A stretch of DNA of 64,000 bases from Tagaea sp. (GCA_965228135.1 OZ245798.1:1469220-1533219), one strand, 5' to 3'. Counted from the stretch's first letter, positions 1 to 9,218 are shown. A program made the numbers and translations. The notes: a model not told the origin generated them from the sequence alone.

Positions 1-1419
1 GCTGCTCCAACTGGGGAAGCAACGCCAGAGCAAACATCTGCAAGTGCAAGATTAGAAGAAATTACTCAGGCAAGTGCGACTCTTGAGAACTCACAACGCG
101 CGAATACAGCAAGCCGAGAGCAGTTGGCTCGGCGAAATCGAGCCATCATAAACATTGGCGAAAGACTTTCCATTATTGAGCAGCAGTTTAAAGATTTCTC
201 CACCGCGATTGATAACGACCTCGCTTTGCTAGAAATAAAACGCGACGACCTCGCCAAGCTCACCATTAATCGAGCAAAGCTAGAGGCACAAGTCGCTGCA
301 ACGAAAACAGACGCTGAGAAGCTTAGCGCCGAAGCGACCACAATAGACGTCGCTATAAAAACTATTAAAGCTGAACAAGAAACACTTACGGTGAAGCTGA
401 ATGAGCCTCAGCAACGTTATCAAAAGTATCTTGCTGAAAGCAAAGCATGGCAAGTAGCACTAGAAAAGATCGAGGGATCAGCCACACAACCAGATAGCAA
501 AAAAGGGCTTGAAGCTCGACTTGAGCAGATCAGCGCGCTCCCCCAACGACTAGAGAAACAGGAGAAAGAACGCATCGATCTGGTAAAAAAAATTCATCAG
601 GTACTATCGGCCCAAAGAGACGCGCGCGCCGCTTTATTTTCTCCAGTGCAAGAGCTAATCCAGGGCAACGCACTTATTCGCGATGAATATAAGTTAAAAT
701 TTCAAGCAAATCTTCAGGGCTCGCCTGAGTTAATAGCTGACAAGTTATTTGATATGGTGAAACAGGCGGTCGGACCACTTCGGGGAGAAGAAGAGAGTTT
801 CTTAGCGGTAAGAAAGAGATTTGAGAAATATAGCTTCAAGAACGCAGATGACGCGTCTGCGTTTGTAAAGGAGCTTCATGAGCTGATCGTTGAAGCCGCC
901 CAAGCCTCCGGCAATGCCGTGCCCGGCATACGATCTGCGCTACGCAAAGATAGAGCTGCCGCCGACGTGTACGATTTTATTTTTGGGCTCGAGTATTTAG
1001 AGCCGAAATATACTCTCCTCTTTCAAGAAACCGAGATCGAGCAATTGTCACCTGGGCAACGTGGCGCACTGCTTCTAATCTTTTATCTGCTTGTAGATAA
1101 AGGACGGAATCCCATCGTACTCGATCAGCCCGAAGAAAATTTAGATAACGAAACGGTAGTGAGTTTGCTGGTGCCCGTGCTCAACGAAGCAAAAAAGTCG
1201 AGGCAGATTCTTATGGTGACGCATAATCCAAACTTGGCGGTGGTTTGTGACGCTGAGCAAGTAATTCATGCAGTTTTCGATCGGAAGAATGGTGCAAAAA
1301 TCTCGTATAACTGTGGCTCCATCGAAGATGGCGTTATAAATCGCGCGGTCGTTGATGTTCTAGAGGGGACGAAGGTCGCCTTCGATAGTCGAGGTAGGAC
1401 GTACCATACCCAAGGTTGA
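1..1419 (+). CDS. SMC/RecF/SbcC-like ABC-type ATPase with coiled-coil arm, C-terminal portion (5' end cut by window edge)
   Basis: Frame 1 is open from nt 1, with no stop before the listed M at 124. A long heptad-rich coiled-coil segment is followed by the ABC C-lobe: signature LSPGQRG, Walker B IVLDQPE, D-loop ENLD, H-loop MVTHNP. Low GC relative to the rest of the window. Confidence 0.6.
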   Translation, partial: AAPTGEATPEQTSASARLEEITQASATLENSQRANTASREQLARRNRAIINIGERLSIIEQQFKDFSTAIDNDLALLEIKRDDLAKLTINRAKLEAQVAATKTDAEKLSAEATTIDVAIKTIKAEQETLTVKLNEPQQRYQKYLAESKAWQVALEKIEGSATQPDSKKGLEARLEQISALPQRLEKQEKERIDLVKKIHQVLSAQRDARAALFSPVQELIQGNALIRDEYKLKFQANLQGSPELIADKLFDMVKQAVGPLRGEEESFLAVRKRFEKYSFKNADDASAFVKELHELIVEAAQASGNAVPGIRSALRKDRAAADVYDFIFGLEYLEPKYTLLFQETEIEQLSPGQRGALLLIFYLLVDKGRNPIVLDQPEENLDNETVVSLLVPVLNEAKKSRQILMVTHNPNLAVVCDAEQVIHAVFDRKNGAKISYNCGSIEDGVINRAVVDVLEGTKVAFDSRGRTYHTQG

Positions 1420-1590
1420 TCTGGCACATTCTTGTATGAACTTGCCTATTAACGGTCAGCGCTAATCGACGTTTTTTTGCGCAATTTGCTGACCTAAATT
1501 GCAATCCGAAGGAGTCTCACTTCTTCGAAGTCAAAGACATCCCCTCGGCCGGCGGTCGATTAAGCCAATCCGCTCGGAATTCGCGAGCGC

Positions 1591-2238
1591 TCAGCGCGCC
1601 ATAAACCCGTTGCGCATCATGCCGCGCATCGCCTCGAACAGTTTCGAGCGCTCCGACCACGCAAAGTCGGGATATGTGATGAGCAGCGAGACAAGCCCGT
1701 GGACGCTCGCCCAGATCGCCTCCGCCGTCGCGGCCGGATCGCCTTTGCGGAATATCCCCTCGTCCATCAGCCGCTTCACAAGAACCTCAAGCGCGCCGAA
1801 CGCTTGCTGGCCCTGATCGGCCGGATCGCGCGCCTTATCGGGGCGGTTGCGATGCCCCGGAACAAAAGCGGGCGCTTCGCTCATAAACAGCAAACGGTAC
1901 TCGCGCGGATGCGCGAAGCCGAATTGCATATAGACGTCGAAGAATCGCTCGAACGCATCGGACGGATTTTTGGCTTCGCGGCCCACGCGTGCGAAACCCT
2001 CGGCCAAAACGCGCATGGCGTCCTGGCAGATGGCGTGCATCAGCGTCTCTTTGTCCGCGAAATACAGATAGAGCGTCGTCGGCGTGATCCCAAGCTGCGT
2101 TGCGATACGACGCATCGTCGTGCGCGCATAGCCTTCCTTAAGGAATATGTCCTTGGCCGCGTCGAGGATCGTTTGGCGGCGTTCCGTTGCCGTCAAACGG
2201 GCGCGGCGGATCTTCTTCCTGGCGGGCTTGCGGGGCAT
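1591..2238 (-). CDS. TetR/AcrR family transcriptional regulator
   Basis: N-terminal HTH (TILDAAKDIFLKEGYARTTMRRIATQLGITPTTLYLYF) and TetR C-terminal ligand domain; divergent from an efflux operon. Confidence 0.85.
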   Translation of the reverse strand: MPRKPARKKIRRARLTATERRQTILDAAKDIFLKEGYARTTMRRIATQLGITPTTLYLYFADKETLMHAICQDAMRVLAEGFARVGREAKNPSDAFERFFDVYMQFGFAHPREYRLLFMSEAPAFVPGHRNRPDKARDPADQGQQAFGALEVLVKRLMDEGIFRKGDPAATAEAIWASVHGLVSLLITYPDFAWSERSKLFEAMRGMMRNGFMAR

Positions 2239-2288
2239 GCTTCCGGCTTACACTTTGCGGACGGGATTGGCGAGTGGCTTGACGCGAT

Positions 2289-2321
2289 ATAATAACATTG
2301 TTAACTTAACATCGTTATTAT
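2289..2321. promoter_or_regulatory. Palindromic candidate TetR operator in the TetR/efflux divergent intergenic region
   Basis: ATAATAAC-N17-GTTATTAT exact inverted arms with an internal GTTAAC palindrome, AT-rich, 18 nt upstream of the permease start. Confidence 0.4.
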
Positions 2322-2339
2322 TTTTCGACAAGGATCTTC

Positions 2340-3482
2340 ATGTCCATCTCTCCGGGCCTTCGCGACCTGCTCGCCTGGCGCAATCTTGCGCACGACAAGG
2401 TGCGGTTCCTCGTCACCTTGATCGGCATCGTCTTCTCCGTGACGCTGATGGCGGTCCAAACCGGCCTTCTCACCGGCTTCGTGACGACGATCTCGAAAAT
2501 CGTCGACAAGACCGACGCCGATTTATGGCTTGTGGGCCGCGGCGTGCGTTCGGTCGATCTGCCGGCGAACATTCCCGAACGGCGCCGCTTTCAGGTTCTC
2601 GGCGTCGACGGCGTCGCCGCCGCCGATCCTTTCATGCATGTCTTCGCGCAGATGAAGCGCCCGGATGGCGGCGCCGAAAGCGTCGCGGTCGTGGGCTTCG
2701 ATCTCGCCACCGGGCGCGGAGGCCCCTGGGGTCTGGTCGAGGGCGATATCGCCGATCTGGCCCTGCCCGACGCGGTGGTGATGGATCGGCTCTATAAGAA
2801 GAAGCTCGGTGTTGAACGTATCGGCCAAACGATCGAGGTGAACGGCCGGCGCGCGCGCGTCGTCGGTTTCACCGACGGCATTCGCACCTTCACCCAAAGC
2901 CCGCATCTGTTCGCCGACATCAAGACGGCGCGATATCTGACCGGCTACGGCGAGGATCGGCTGAACTACGTGCTGATCGAAACCGCCCGCGACGCCGATC
3001 CACAGGCCGTCGCCGCGCGCATACGCGCACTGCTGCCCGATATCGACGTCTATACCAAAGCCGAATTCTCGACGCGGTCGTCGATGTATTGGCTGGTGAC
3101 GACGGGGGCGGGCTTCTCGCTGGTCATCGCGTCGGCGCTCGGTCTTATCGTCGGCATGGTCGTGACCGCGCAAACGCTTTACGCGACGACGATGGACCGT
3201 CTGCCGGAATACGCGACGCTGCGCGCGATGGGGGCGCCGGGAAGCTATCTCTACGGCGTCATCCTGCGCCAAGCGGCGATCGCAGCGGTCTTCGGATTCG
3301 GCGCCGGTATATCCATCGCCGCGTTCATCGTCCATGGCGCGCGCGACGGATCGGCGGCTATCCTCTTGCCCTGGCAGCTCGCCGCGGGTCTGGGCTTGGC
3401 GACATTCGCGATGTGCGCGGCGGCGGCGGTGATCTCCATCCGGCGCGTCATGGCCATCGATCCCGTATCGGTGTTCAAATGA
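2340..3482 (+). CDS. ABC transporter permease, FtsX/MacB/DevC family
   Basis: N-terminal TM, large periplasmic domain, C-terminal 3-TM FtsX-like domain; stop overlaps the next start (ATGA). Confidence 0.8.
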   Translation: MSISPGLRDLLAWRNLAHDKVRFLVTLIGIVFSVTLMAVQTGLLTGFVTTISKIVDKTDADLWLVGRGVRSVDLPANIPERRRFQVLGVDGVAAADPFMHVFAQMKRPDGGAESVAVVGFDLATGRGGPWGLVEGDIADLALPDAVVMDRLYKKKLGVERIGQTIEVNGRRARVVGFTDGIRTFTQSPHLFADIKTARYLTGYGEDRLNYVLIETARDADPQAVAARIRALLPDIDVYTKAEFSTRSSMYWLVTTGAGFSLVIASALGLIVGMVVTAQTLYATTMDRLPEYATLRAMGAPGSYLYGVILRQAAIAAVFGFGAGISIAAFIVHGARDGSAAILLPWQLAAGLGLATFAMCAAAAVISIRRVMAIDPVSVFK

Positions 3483-4183
3483 CGGCACTGGTCGAAGTCG
3501 CGGACGCGCGCGTCGTCTACGGCGCGGGCGAAGCCTCAATCGAAGCGCTCAAGGGCGTCTCGCTGGAGGTGCGCAAGGGCGAGATTCTGATGCTGATGGG
3601 CCCGTCGGGCTCTGGCAAGACGACGCTGCTGCAGGTCGCGGGCGCGCTGCTGTCGCCGACCGCCGGCACCGTGCGCCTTGCCGGCGAACGGATCGACGGA
3701 ATGACGCAGGAAAATCTCGGCCGCCGGCGCCTGCGCCATTTCGGTTTCGTCTTCCAACATTACAATCTGTTCCCCGCGTTGACGGCGGCCGAGAATGTCG
3801 CGATCGCGCTCGATCTCAAAGGCGTGCCCGCCGCACGGCGCCGCGCGGCCGCCCACGAAGCGCTCGACCGCGTCGGCCTGGGCGATCGCGCGGCGCATTT
3901 CCCCTCGCAGCTCTCGGGCGGCCAAAAACAGCGCGTCGCGATCGCGCGCGCGCTGGCGGGCGAACCCGACGCGATTCTCGCCGACGAGCCGACCGCCGCA
4001 CTCGACAGCGCGTCGGGCAAGCGCGTCGTCGATCTGCTGCACGACCTCGCCAAAGCGCAAGGCCGAGCGGTGGTGCTCGTCACGCACGACCCGCGCATCG
4101 TCGAAGCTGCCGACCGCATCGTCCATATCGAAGACGGACGAATTCGCGACGCCGCCGAACAGCCCCTTCCAGCCGAGGCCTGA
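3479..4183 (+). CDS. ABC transporter ATP-binding protein (MacB/LolD-type)
   Basis: Walker A GPSGSGKTT, signature LSGGQKQR, Walker B ILADEPT, H-loop. The listed ORF 3089..4183 is an artefactual N-terminal extension; the true ATG at 3479 overlaps the upstream stop. Confidence 0.85.
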   Translation: MTALVEVADARVVYGAGEASIEALKGVSLEVRKGEILMLMGPSGSGKTTLLQVAGALLSPTAGTVRLAGERIDGMTQENLGRRRLRHFGFVFQHYNLFPALTAAENVAIALDLKGVPAARRRAAAHEALDRVGLGDRAAHFPSQLSGGQKQRVAIARALAGEPDAILADEPTAALDSASGKRVVDLLHDLAKAQGRAVVLVTHDPRIVEAADRIVHIEDGRIRDAAEQPLPAEA

Positions 4184-4184
4184 C

Positions 4185-5243
4185 ATGAACCGGAAACTCT
4201 CCCTCACTCTTGCCGTCCTCGCGATCGGTGCAGGTGCGGCGACGCTGCCGATGATCGGCGGTCCGTCGGCGCAAACGCCGTCCGCCCCGCAGACTTTCCG
4301 CGCCGCCCTTCCGGCGGGGGCGATCGCCGCGCCGGGGCGCGTCGAACCTGTGGGCGAGGAGCGCGACATCGCGGCGGAATTGCGCGGCCGGCTTGCCGCC
4401 GTTCTCGTCGACGAAGGCGACAAGGTCGAGGAAGGTCAGATCCTGGCCGAAATCGTCGACGGCGAATATCGCGCGCGCGTAATGGCGATGCGGGGATTGG
4501 TCGCTGTGCGCGAGGCCGAGCTCGCGCGCGCGTTGGCCGGTTCGCGCACGCAAGAACGCCGAGAAGCGGCCGCGATGGTACGCGAGGCGCAAGCCTCGCT
4601 CGATCAGGCCCGGATCGATCTCGCGCGGCGCGAGCCGCTCGCCGCTCAGGGGCATGTTTCCCGCGAGACGCTCGACAAAACGCGCTCCGACGTCACCGCC
4701 GCCGAGGCGCGCCTTCGCGCCAAGCGTGAGCGCGCCGATCTGCTCGATGCCGGCAGCCGCAGCGAAGATGTCGCCGTGGCGCGCGCCCTTCTCGACCAAG
4801 CGCGCGGGCAACTCGCCGAGGCCGAAGCCTTTCTTGAGAAAACGCGGGTGCGCAGCCCGATCGCGGGCGTGGTCCTGCATCGCTTCAAACGCTCGGGCGA
4901 AGGCGTTTCGGATCAGCCGCCGACGCCGATCGTCAAACTGGGGGATATCTCGGAGCTTCGGGTCCGTGTCGATGTCGACGAGACCGATGTCGGCCGTGTC
5001 GCGGTCGGTCAGCGGGCATTCGTCACCGCCGACGCTTGGTCGGGCCGACGGTTTCAGGGAACGGTCATCCGGGTGGGGCAACGCCTCGGCCGCAAGACGT
5101 TGCGCACCGACGATCCGACCGAACGGAACGATACCAAAGTCCTCGAGACCTTGGTGGCTCTGGATCCGGTCGAGATCGCCTTGCCGACCGGTCTTCGCGT
5201 CGACGCGTTCATCCTGACGGCGCCGCAGATCGCTTCCCGGTGA
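4185..5243 (+). CDS. HlyD-family periplasmic adaptor (membrane fusion protein)
   Basis: Signal/TM MNRKLSLTLAVLAIGAGAA, coiled-coil hairpin, beta-barrel and lipoyl motifs (PIAGVV...). The listed ORF 3795..5243 is an extension through the ATPase gene. Confidence 0.75.
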   Translation: MNRKLSLTLAVLAIGAGAATLPMIGGPSAQTPSAPQTFRAALPAGAIAAPGRVEPVGEERDIAAELRGRLAAVLVDEGDKVEEGQILAEIVDGEYRARVMAMRGLVAVREAELARALAGSRTQERREAAAMVREAQASLDQARIDLARREPLAAQGHVSRETLDKTRSDVTAAEARLRAKRERADLLDAGSRSEDVAVARALLDQARGQLAEAEAFLEKTRVRSPIAGVVLHRFKRSGEGVSDQPPTPIVKLGDISELRVRVDVDETDVGRVAVGQRAFVTADAWSGRRFQGTVIRVGQRLGRKTLRTDDPTERNDTKVLETLVALDPVEIALPTGLRVDAFILTAPQIASR

Positions 5244-5750
5244 GTCCGGCACGTCGAGTTTTTCGATTCGGATGTCGAAATTGCCGGACCACGTGGCCCA
5301 TCGTTACAGAATCGACATCGGGCCGCTTTCTTCCGCTTACCAAAGGAACCCGCAATTCGTTACATGATCGCGTTCCGCGAAACCGACGGACAGCTCAAGG
5401 ACCGCAACAACTTCCGGAACTCGTACGCTTATTGGGGGCTTGGGGCGCCTGCATCATTGCACTCCATGCGACGAGTCATCTCGTCAGCGGCGCCGGTCTG
5501 CAGCCGCGCTCCACCGCGACGACCGCCCGTATGCGTAACGACGAATTTATCGTTCGGGACGGCCCTTTCGACGATACCAAGGAACAGCGCACGGGATCCT
5601 TCGTGATGCCCCCCGATCCGGATGCGGCTCTTGGCCGGGCGGACTTCTCTGTCTCTCGCGTGACGGTCGGCGCGGCGGGATTCGAGTCCGAAGCGGCATC
5701 GTCATAACCGTAAAGCCGAGGCCAAGATGGAGCGCTTCGACGCCGTGACG

Positions 5751-6179
5751 TCACAACTTTGGCGGTGGAGGCGCCGACGTCGGGACCGACGCGATGTGCA
5801 TTCTATCCAGCATCGCCTGAAGGTGCGCGACGGCGGCATCCGACAGCACGAGATACGCGCGACGCCGGTCGCGCGTATCCGCCTCGCGCTGAATCACACC
5901 AAGTCGAATCAAATCATAGATACGCCTCAAAGACGTCGTCTGCGTCCCCCCCGAAGCCAGGCAAAGGCTCGACACCGAAATTCTACGCCCCCGCAGCATC
6001 GACAAATAGAGATCCAACATCATGAACCATGAGTGATCGCGAAATGCGCCGCTCGGCCAAGGTCCATTTTGAGTATCCCGCACGCTTAGCAACGCTTCGA
6101 GTTGCGAAACACGTCTAAAATTGTCCTCGACGCTCATGTCACAACCAGTTCGAATCGATCGTAAGAGATTTCCGCCCAC
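5751..6179 (-). CDS. Winged-helix (MarR-like) transcriptional regulator
   Basis: ISVSSLCLASGGTQTTSLRRIYDLIRLGVIQREADTRDRRRAYLVLSD is a typical MarR recognition-helix plus wing with DRRR. Low-GC region. Alternative start at M15 (nt 6137). Confidence 0.55.
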   Translation of the reverse strand: MGGNLLRSIRTGCDMSVEDNFRRVSQLEALLSVRDTQNGPWPSGAFRDHSWFMMLDLYLSMLRGRRISVSSLCLASGGTQTTSLRRIYDLIRLGVIQREADTRDRRRAYLVLSDAAVAHLQAMLDRMHIASVPTSAPPPPKL

Positions 6180-6188
6180 GCCTTCGAC

Positions 6189-6662
6189 TTATTGCGGGAG
6201 GGGAACGAAGATATCGGCCATCGAACTCCGTACGAGACGAACCGGGAATGATTTTTTCCCCAAGTCTTCGTCGAAGATGCGTTTGACGTCCGAAAGCGAG
6301 CGCGCTTCGACCGCGAAAATATAGAAGTCGTGAAACGCACCCCGCTCGATCTTCGGCGACTTCAAACCGTTTTCGTATGCGACATTCGCGCGATCGAAAT
6401 CCTCGAAGAACCCAAACTCGCGAGTACATATAGGAATCGAACGCATATCGCCGACATGTCCCACCGGTCTCGTCACCGTGAACTTGAAATCGCCGTCGAC
6501 AGCCTCATGCACGGCCCAGTTATCGAGATCGAAAAACCAGCCGCTCAATGAGAGGGGAATATTGGCGCCATGCCGATGCTCCAACACGTAGAACTCCCGT
6601 TTGCGGCGGAGGATCCGAACGTTAAAGCCGATCGCTTTTGTAAGCCTTACAAGAATACGCAT
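6189..6662 (-). CDS. Hypothetical protein (157 aa), no recognisable motifs
   Basis: Intact ORF in the low-GC island, 9 nt upstream of the MarR-like gene and 116 nt downstream of the FlaF-like gene (operon-like). Confidence 0.45.
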   Translation of the reverse strand: MRILVRLTKAIGFNVRILRRKREFYVLEHRHGANIPLSLSGWFFDLDNWAVHEAVDGDFKFTVTRPVGHVGDMRSIPICTREFGFFEDFDRANVAYENGLKSPKIERGAFHDFYIFAVEARSLSDVKRIFDEDLGKKSFPVRLVRSSMADIFVPLPQ

Positions 6663-6778
6663 ACGGCCCTTGCGCGGAACCCGGGGTCTTGCGGAGATGT
6701 TCTCGTGCCGCGGGATATTCGGATTGAGAACGTCGATCCGGCGATCATCGCATGACGACTTTTGGATAGATTAACGGG

Positions 6779-7162
6779 CTATCCGGATGGCGAGGCTTCC
6801 GGCTGCGGCTCCAAACTCAATCCCTCCATAACAATCCTGTTGATCGACGCCAGGAAGTCGACGTCCGTTTCCGAGTACTGCCGAATTGCGGCGTTCGATA
6901 TCCCATTGACGACGACGGCAAGCTCCGCGACCAGTTTCTTCGTCGCGGCGGGCAACCTGTTGTCCTGATGGGTCACATCCAAAGCGAACGCATTCCAAAC
7001 CTCGCGGTTGTGCTGAACCGCGTCTAAAAACGATGCGAGCGACTGCGGATCCGTGGCCCCGAACCCCTTCTTCGCCGCGATCAGCTTCTCATTCAGCCGA
7101 TCGAGAAGAAGGTATTCCCGCCTACGTGCCGGCATCGCCTCCCACTCCTCACGTCCGAACAT
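6779..7162 (-). CDS. flaF: FlaF-family protein (flagellin translation regulator homolog), orphan copy
   Basis: Matches the FlaF family pattern: RREYLLL near the N-terminus, NREVWNAFALDV...DNRLP...KKLVAELAVVV, and DVDFLASINRIVMEGL near the C-terminus. GGGAGG SD upstream of the Met at 7162; the listed ORF extends to 7222. Confidence 0.5.
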   Translation of the reverse strand: MFGREEWEAMPARRREYLLLDRLNEKLIAAKKGFGATDPQSLASFLDAVQHNREVWNAFALDVTHQDNRLPAATKKLVAELAVVVNGISNAAIRQYSETDVDFLASINRIVMEGLSLEPQPEASPSG

Positions 7163-7289
7163 CCATGTTCCTCCCGGTTTCCTTCCGAAGCTCGTTTGTA
7201 GGTGACGCCATCCGCGCCACACTTCTTCGACAACGATCGGTCTCAGCCGCGCACCAAAGCGGGGCGCATCGCCCGAAGGAGATCGACAC

Positions 7290-7560
7290 CGAAGCCAGCA
7301 ACACTTGGTTTATTATTATTTTTTCTTTACATCGTCATTTTTTTACCATCTTTTTTTAGACGACCTTCGACAGAGAGCATCGCCAAACCACTCCACCCCG
7401 CCTTATGTCAATCAACGCGGGACCGATACCATCGGTGTGCGCAAGCGAAACCAAGCCCGGATTCGTCTAAAAATTTTAAACATAATCCCGCAGACCAAAG
7501 AATACATATTCCACGCGCGAAAGAGCGTTTTCATGCAAGCGGTCCAATTCTGAGGGTCGT
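7290..7560 (-). promoter_or_regulatory. AT-rich putative promoter/5' leader region upstream of the FlaF-like operon
   Basis: Very AT-rich tract (tattattattttttctttacatcgtcatttttttaccatctttttttag) in otherwise GC-rich DNA, with no credible coding frame. Confidence 0.3.
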
Positions 7561-7698
7561 CTCGCTCGGGCGCGAAAGGCGATTCGCGATTTGGGAGCGA
7601 AAATGCATGCCAGTGATGGTGAAGCTCCAACGCACGAGATTTTTTCCGATCGATCGTCGGATCAAATCGACTGCGTGTCGGGAAGCGTTGCGCGCTCA

Positions 7699-7992
7699 TC
7701 AACGCATCTTCACCCATTCCATGTCGATCCGCGTTCGCACTGAAAGCTCTGTCCCGGTTGGCGCCGCGTGAAATCGCAAAATCTGAAAGGGCTTACGGAA
7801 AACCAATACCGCCGACGCGGAGCGAACCGCGACGATCCGACGCCAGCCGAGATACGACAACAGCTCGTCGAGTGTTCGCATGACATCCTCGACCTTGCCA
7901 TCGACCTCCAAGGTTCCGATCTCGTCCCTCCGCAGCAGGAACGACTCCAACCAGGCCGGCTGTCGGACAATCGCTTTGGAAGCTAAAGACAT
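7699..7992 (-). CDS. Hypothetical protein (97 aa)
   Basis: ORF whose start overlaps the 3' end of the 411-aa gene by 10 nt (coupled); low-GC island. Confidence 0.4.
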   Translation of the reverse strand: MSLASKAIVRQPAWLESFLLRRDEIGTLEVDGKVEDVMRTLDELLSYLGWRRIVAVRSASAVLVFRKPFQILRFHAAPTGTELSVRTRIDMEWVKMR

Positions 7993-9218
7993 TTTCCATC
8001 CGACTGGCTGTTCAAAGTCACGTTAATTCTGGTCAACATCTCTTCGAGCTCTTCAGTCGTCAAACGCTTTGCCACGGCGGCCCCCGTATAGCGCTGAAAG
8101 ATGCTTGAGCAGTGCCGTAACGCCATCGAGCAGTACCCAAGAACCCAGTAATACTTATCGACATTCCCGAGAAAATTCCGGAACGCAGCGGGCTTTCCCT
8201 CGGACATCAGCTGTCGATGGCTATCGTTGTACTTCTTGAACACTTCGATCATTTGCTGGGAAACGGTCCGTAGCTTTTCGCGGACGGAGGACTTGAACAT
8301 TCGTTGTTGCTCCAGGCGGGACCGGTCCGGCCGATCCTTGGGCTCCGATGCCGCCGAAACAAGCCAATCCAACAGCGCTTCGATGCCCGGCCGCGCTTTC
8401 TCGAAATTCACGCGATAGAAGGCAATTCCTTTCCATCCTTCGATCACCGATCTTGCGCTTGAGCTTGATATGCCCAGCGCGCCGAGAAACACCTCCGCGT
8501 CCGATTGCTCCGGATTCCAGAGCGAGTCGAGGAACGCTTCGGTTCTCTCGTTCACGAGATGGGGGGCCTCAAGCCGCAACGCTCTGGCGACGATCGGACG
8601 AAGCTTCTCCGAGATCACTTCGCGTACCGCCAATTCCTCGTCCTTAGAGATCAAGAAATACGAAGGATCGATTTCATCAAGACAGAATGACAGGGCGCCT
8701 TTCAGCAGGAATGGGTCAAGGGAAGGAATTCCATCGATCGCCTTCAATATGGCGACATCCCGCTCGTAGGCGACGCTGCTTTCCTGCAGATCGAGACCGA
8801 TATGTCGTTTCAACAGCGCCTCGAAATCGCGCTGACGCAGATAGATTCCGTATCCGCCAGAGAACAGATCGCTCGGATCGTGGGGAATATATATAGCCGT
8901 CTCTATCGGCCGCTTGGCCCCCGGTTTCTTCTGCACCGCCACCGCGGCGTTTACTTTCGAGGAACCGCGAGCTTCTTTCGCCGCATCCCAGCTGGCATCT
9001 GATATGTCTCGATCGAAATTCGGGTATTTGAATATCACCGTGTGATTGAGAAAGGTGCATCGGAATATCTTCGCGGCGGCGGGAACGTCGTTTGATTTGA
9101 TCAAATTCAACGCAACCGACGCGCCGCCGTTGCATATCTGATCGAGAAGCGGCGACACAAAACGTCTCGCCTTAGCGCCGCTTGCCCCCCCTGTCTGGCT
9201 CACTTCATTCGGCGACAT
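7983..9218 (-). CDS. Hypothetical protein (411 aa), no recognisable catalytic motifs
   Basis: Long uninterrupted ORF in the low-GC island with protein-like composition, downstream of the receiver-domain gene. Confidence 0.5.
   Translation of the reverse strand: MSPNEVSQTGGASGAKARRFVSPLLDQICNGGASVALNLIKSNDVPAAAKIFRCTFLNHTVIFKYPNFDRDISDASWDAAKEARGSSKVNAAVAVQKKPGAKRPIETAIYIPHDPSDLFSGGYGIYLRQRDFEALLKRHIGLDLQESSVAYERDVAILKAIDGIPSLDPFLLKGALSFCLDEIDPSYFLISKDEELAVREVISEKLRPIVARALRLEAPHLVNERTEAFLDSLWNPEQSDAEVFLGALGISSSSARSVIEGWKGIAFYRVNFEKARPGIEALLDWLVSAASEPKDRPDRSRLEQQRMFKSSVREKLRTVSQQMIEVFKKYNDSHRQLMSEGKPAAFRNFLGNVDKYYWVLGYCSMALRHCSSIFQRYTGAAVAKRLTTEELEEMLTRINVTLNSQSDGKCL

Noticed and set aside
3089-5243. 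Over-extended or chimeric ORFs in the track: 3089..4183, 3795..5243, 13120..14397, 40363..41526, 43221..44729, 50008..52545, 51633..53300, 55389..56825
   Set aside because: The upstream extensions read through the preceding gene in another frame and encode nonsense-like R/P-rich sequence. Internal starts (ATG or GTG) that overlap the upstream stop in ATGA/GTGA fashion, or that carry SD sequences, give proteins of normal family length.
6189-6662. 157-aa protein as FlbT, the usual partner of FlaF
   Set aside because: Lacks the FlbT N-terminal K-L-S-L-K-P-G-E...NGAV beta-strand signature and the rest of the family pattern as I recall it. Retained only as a hypothetical protein.
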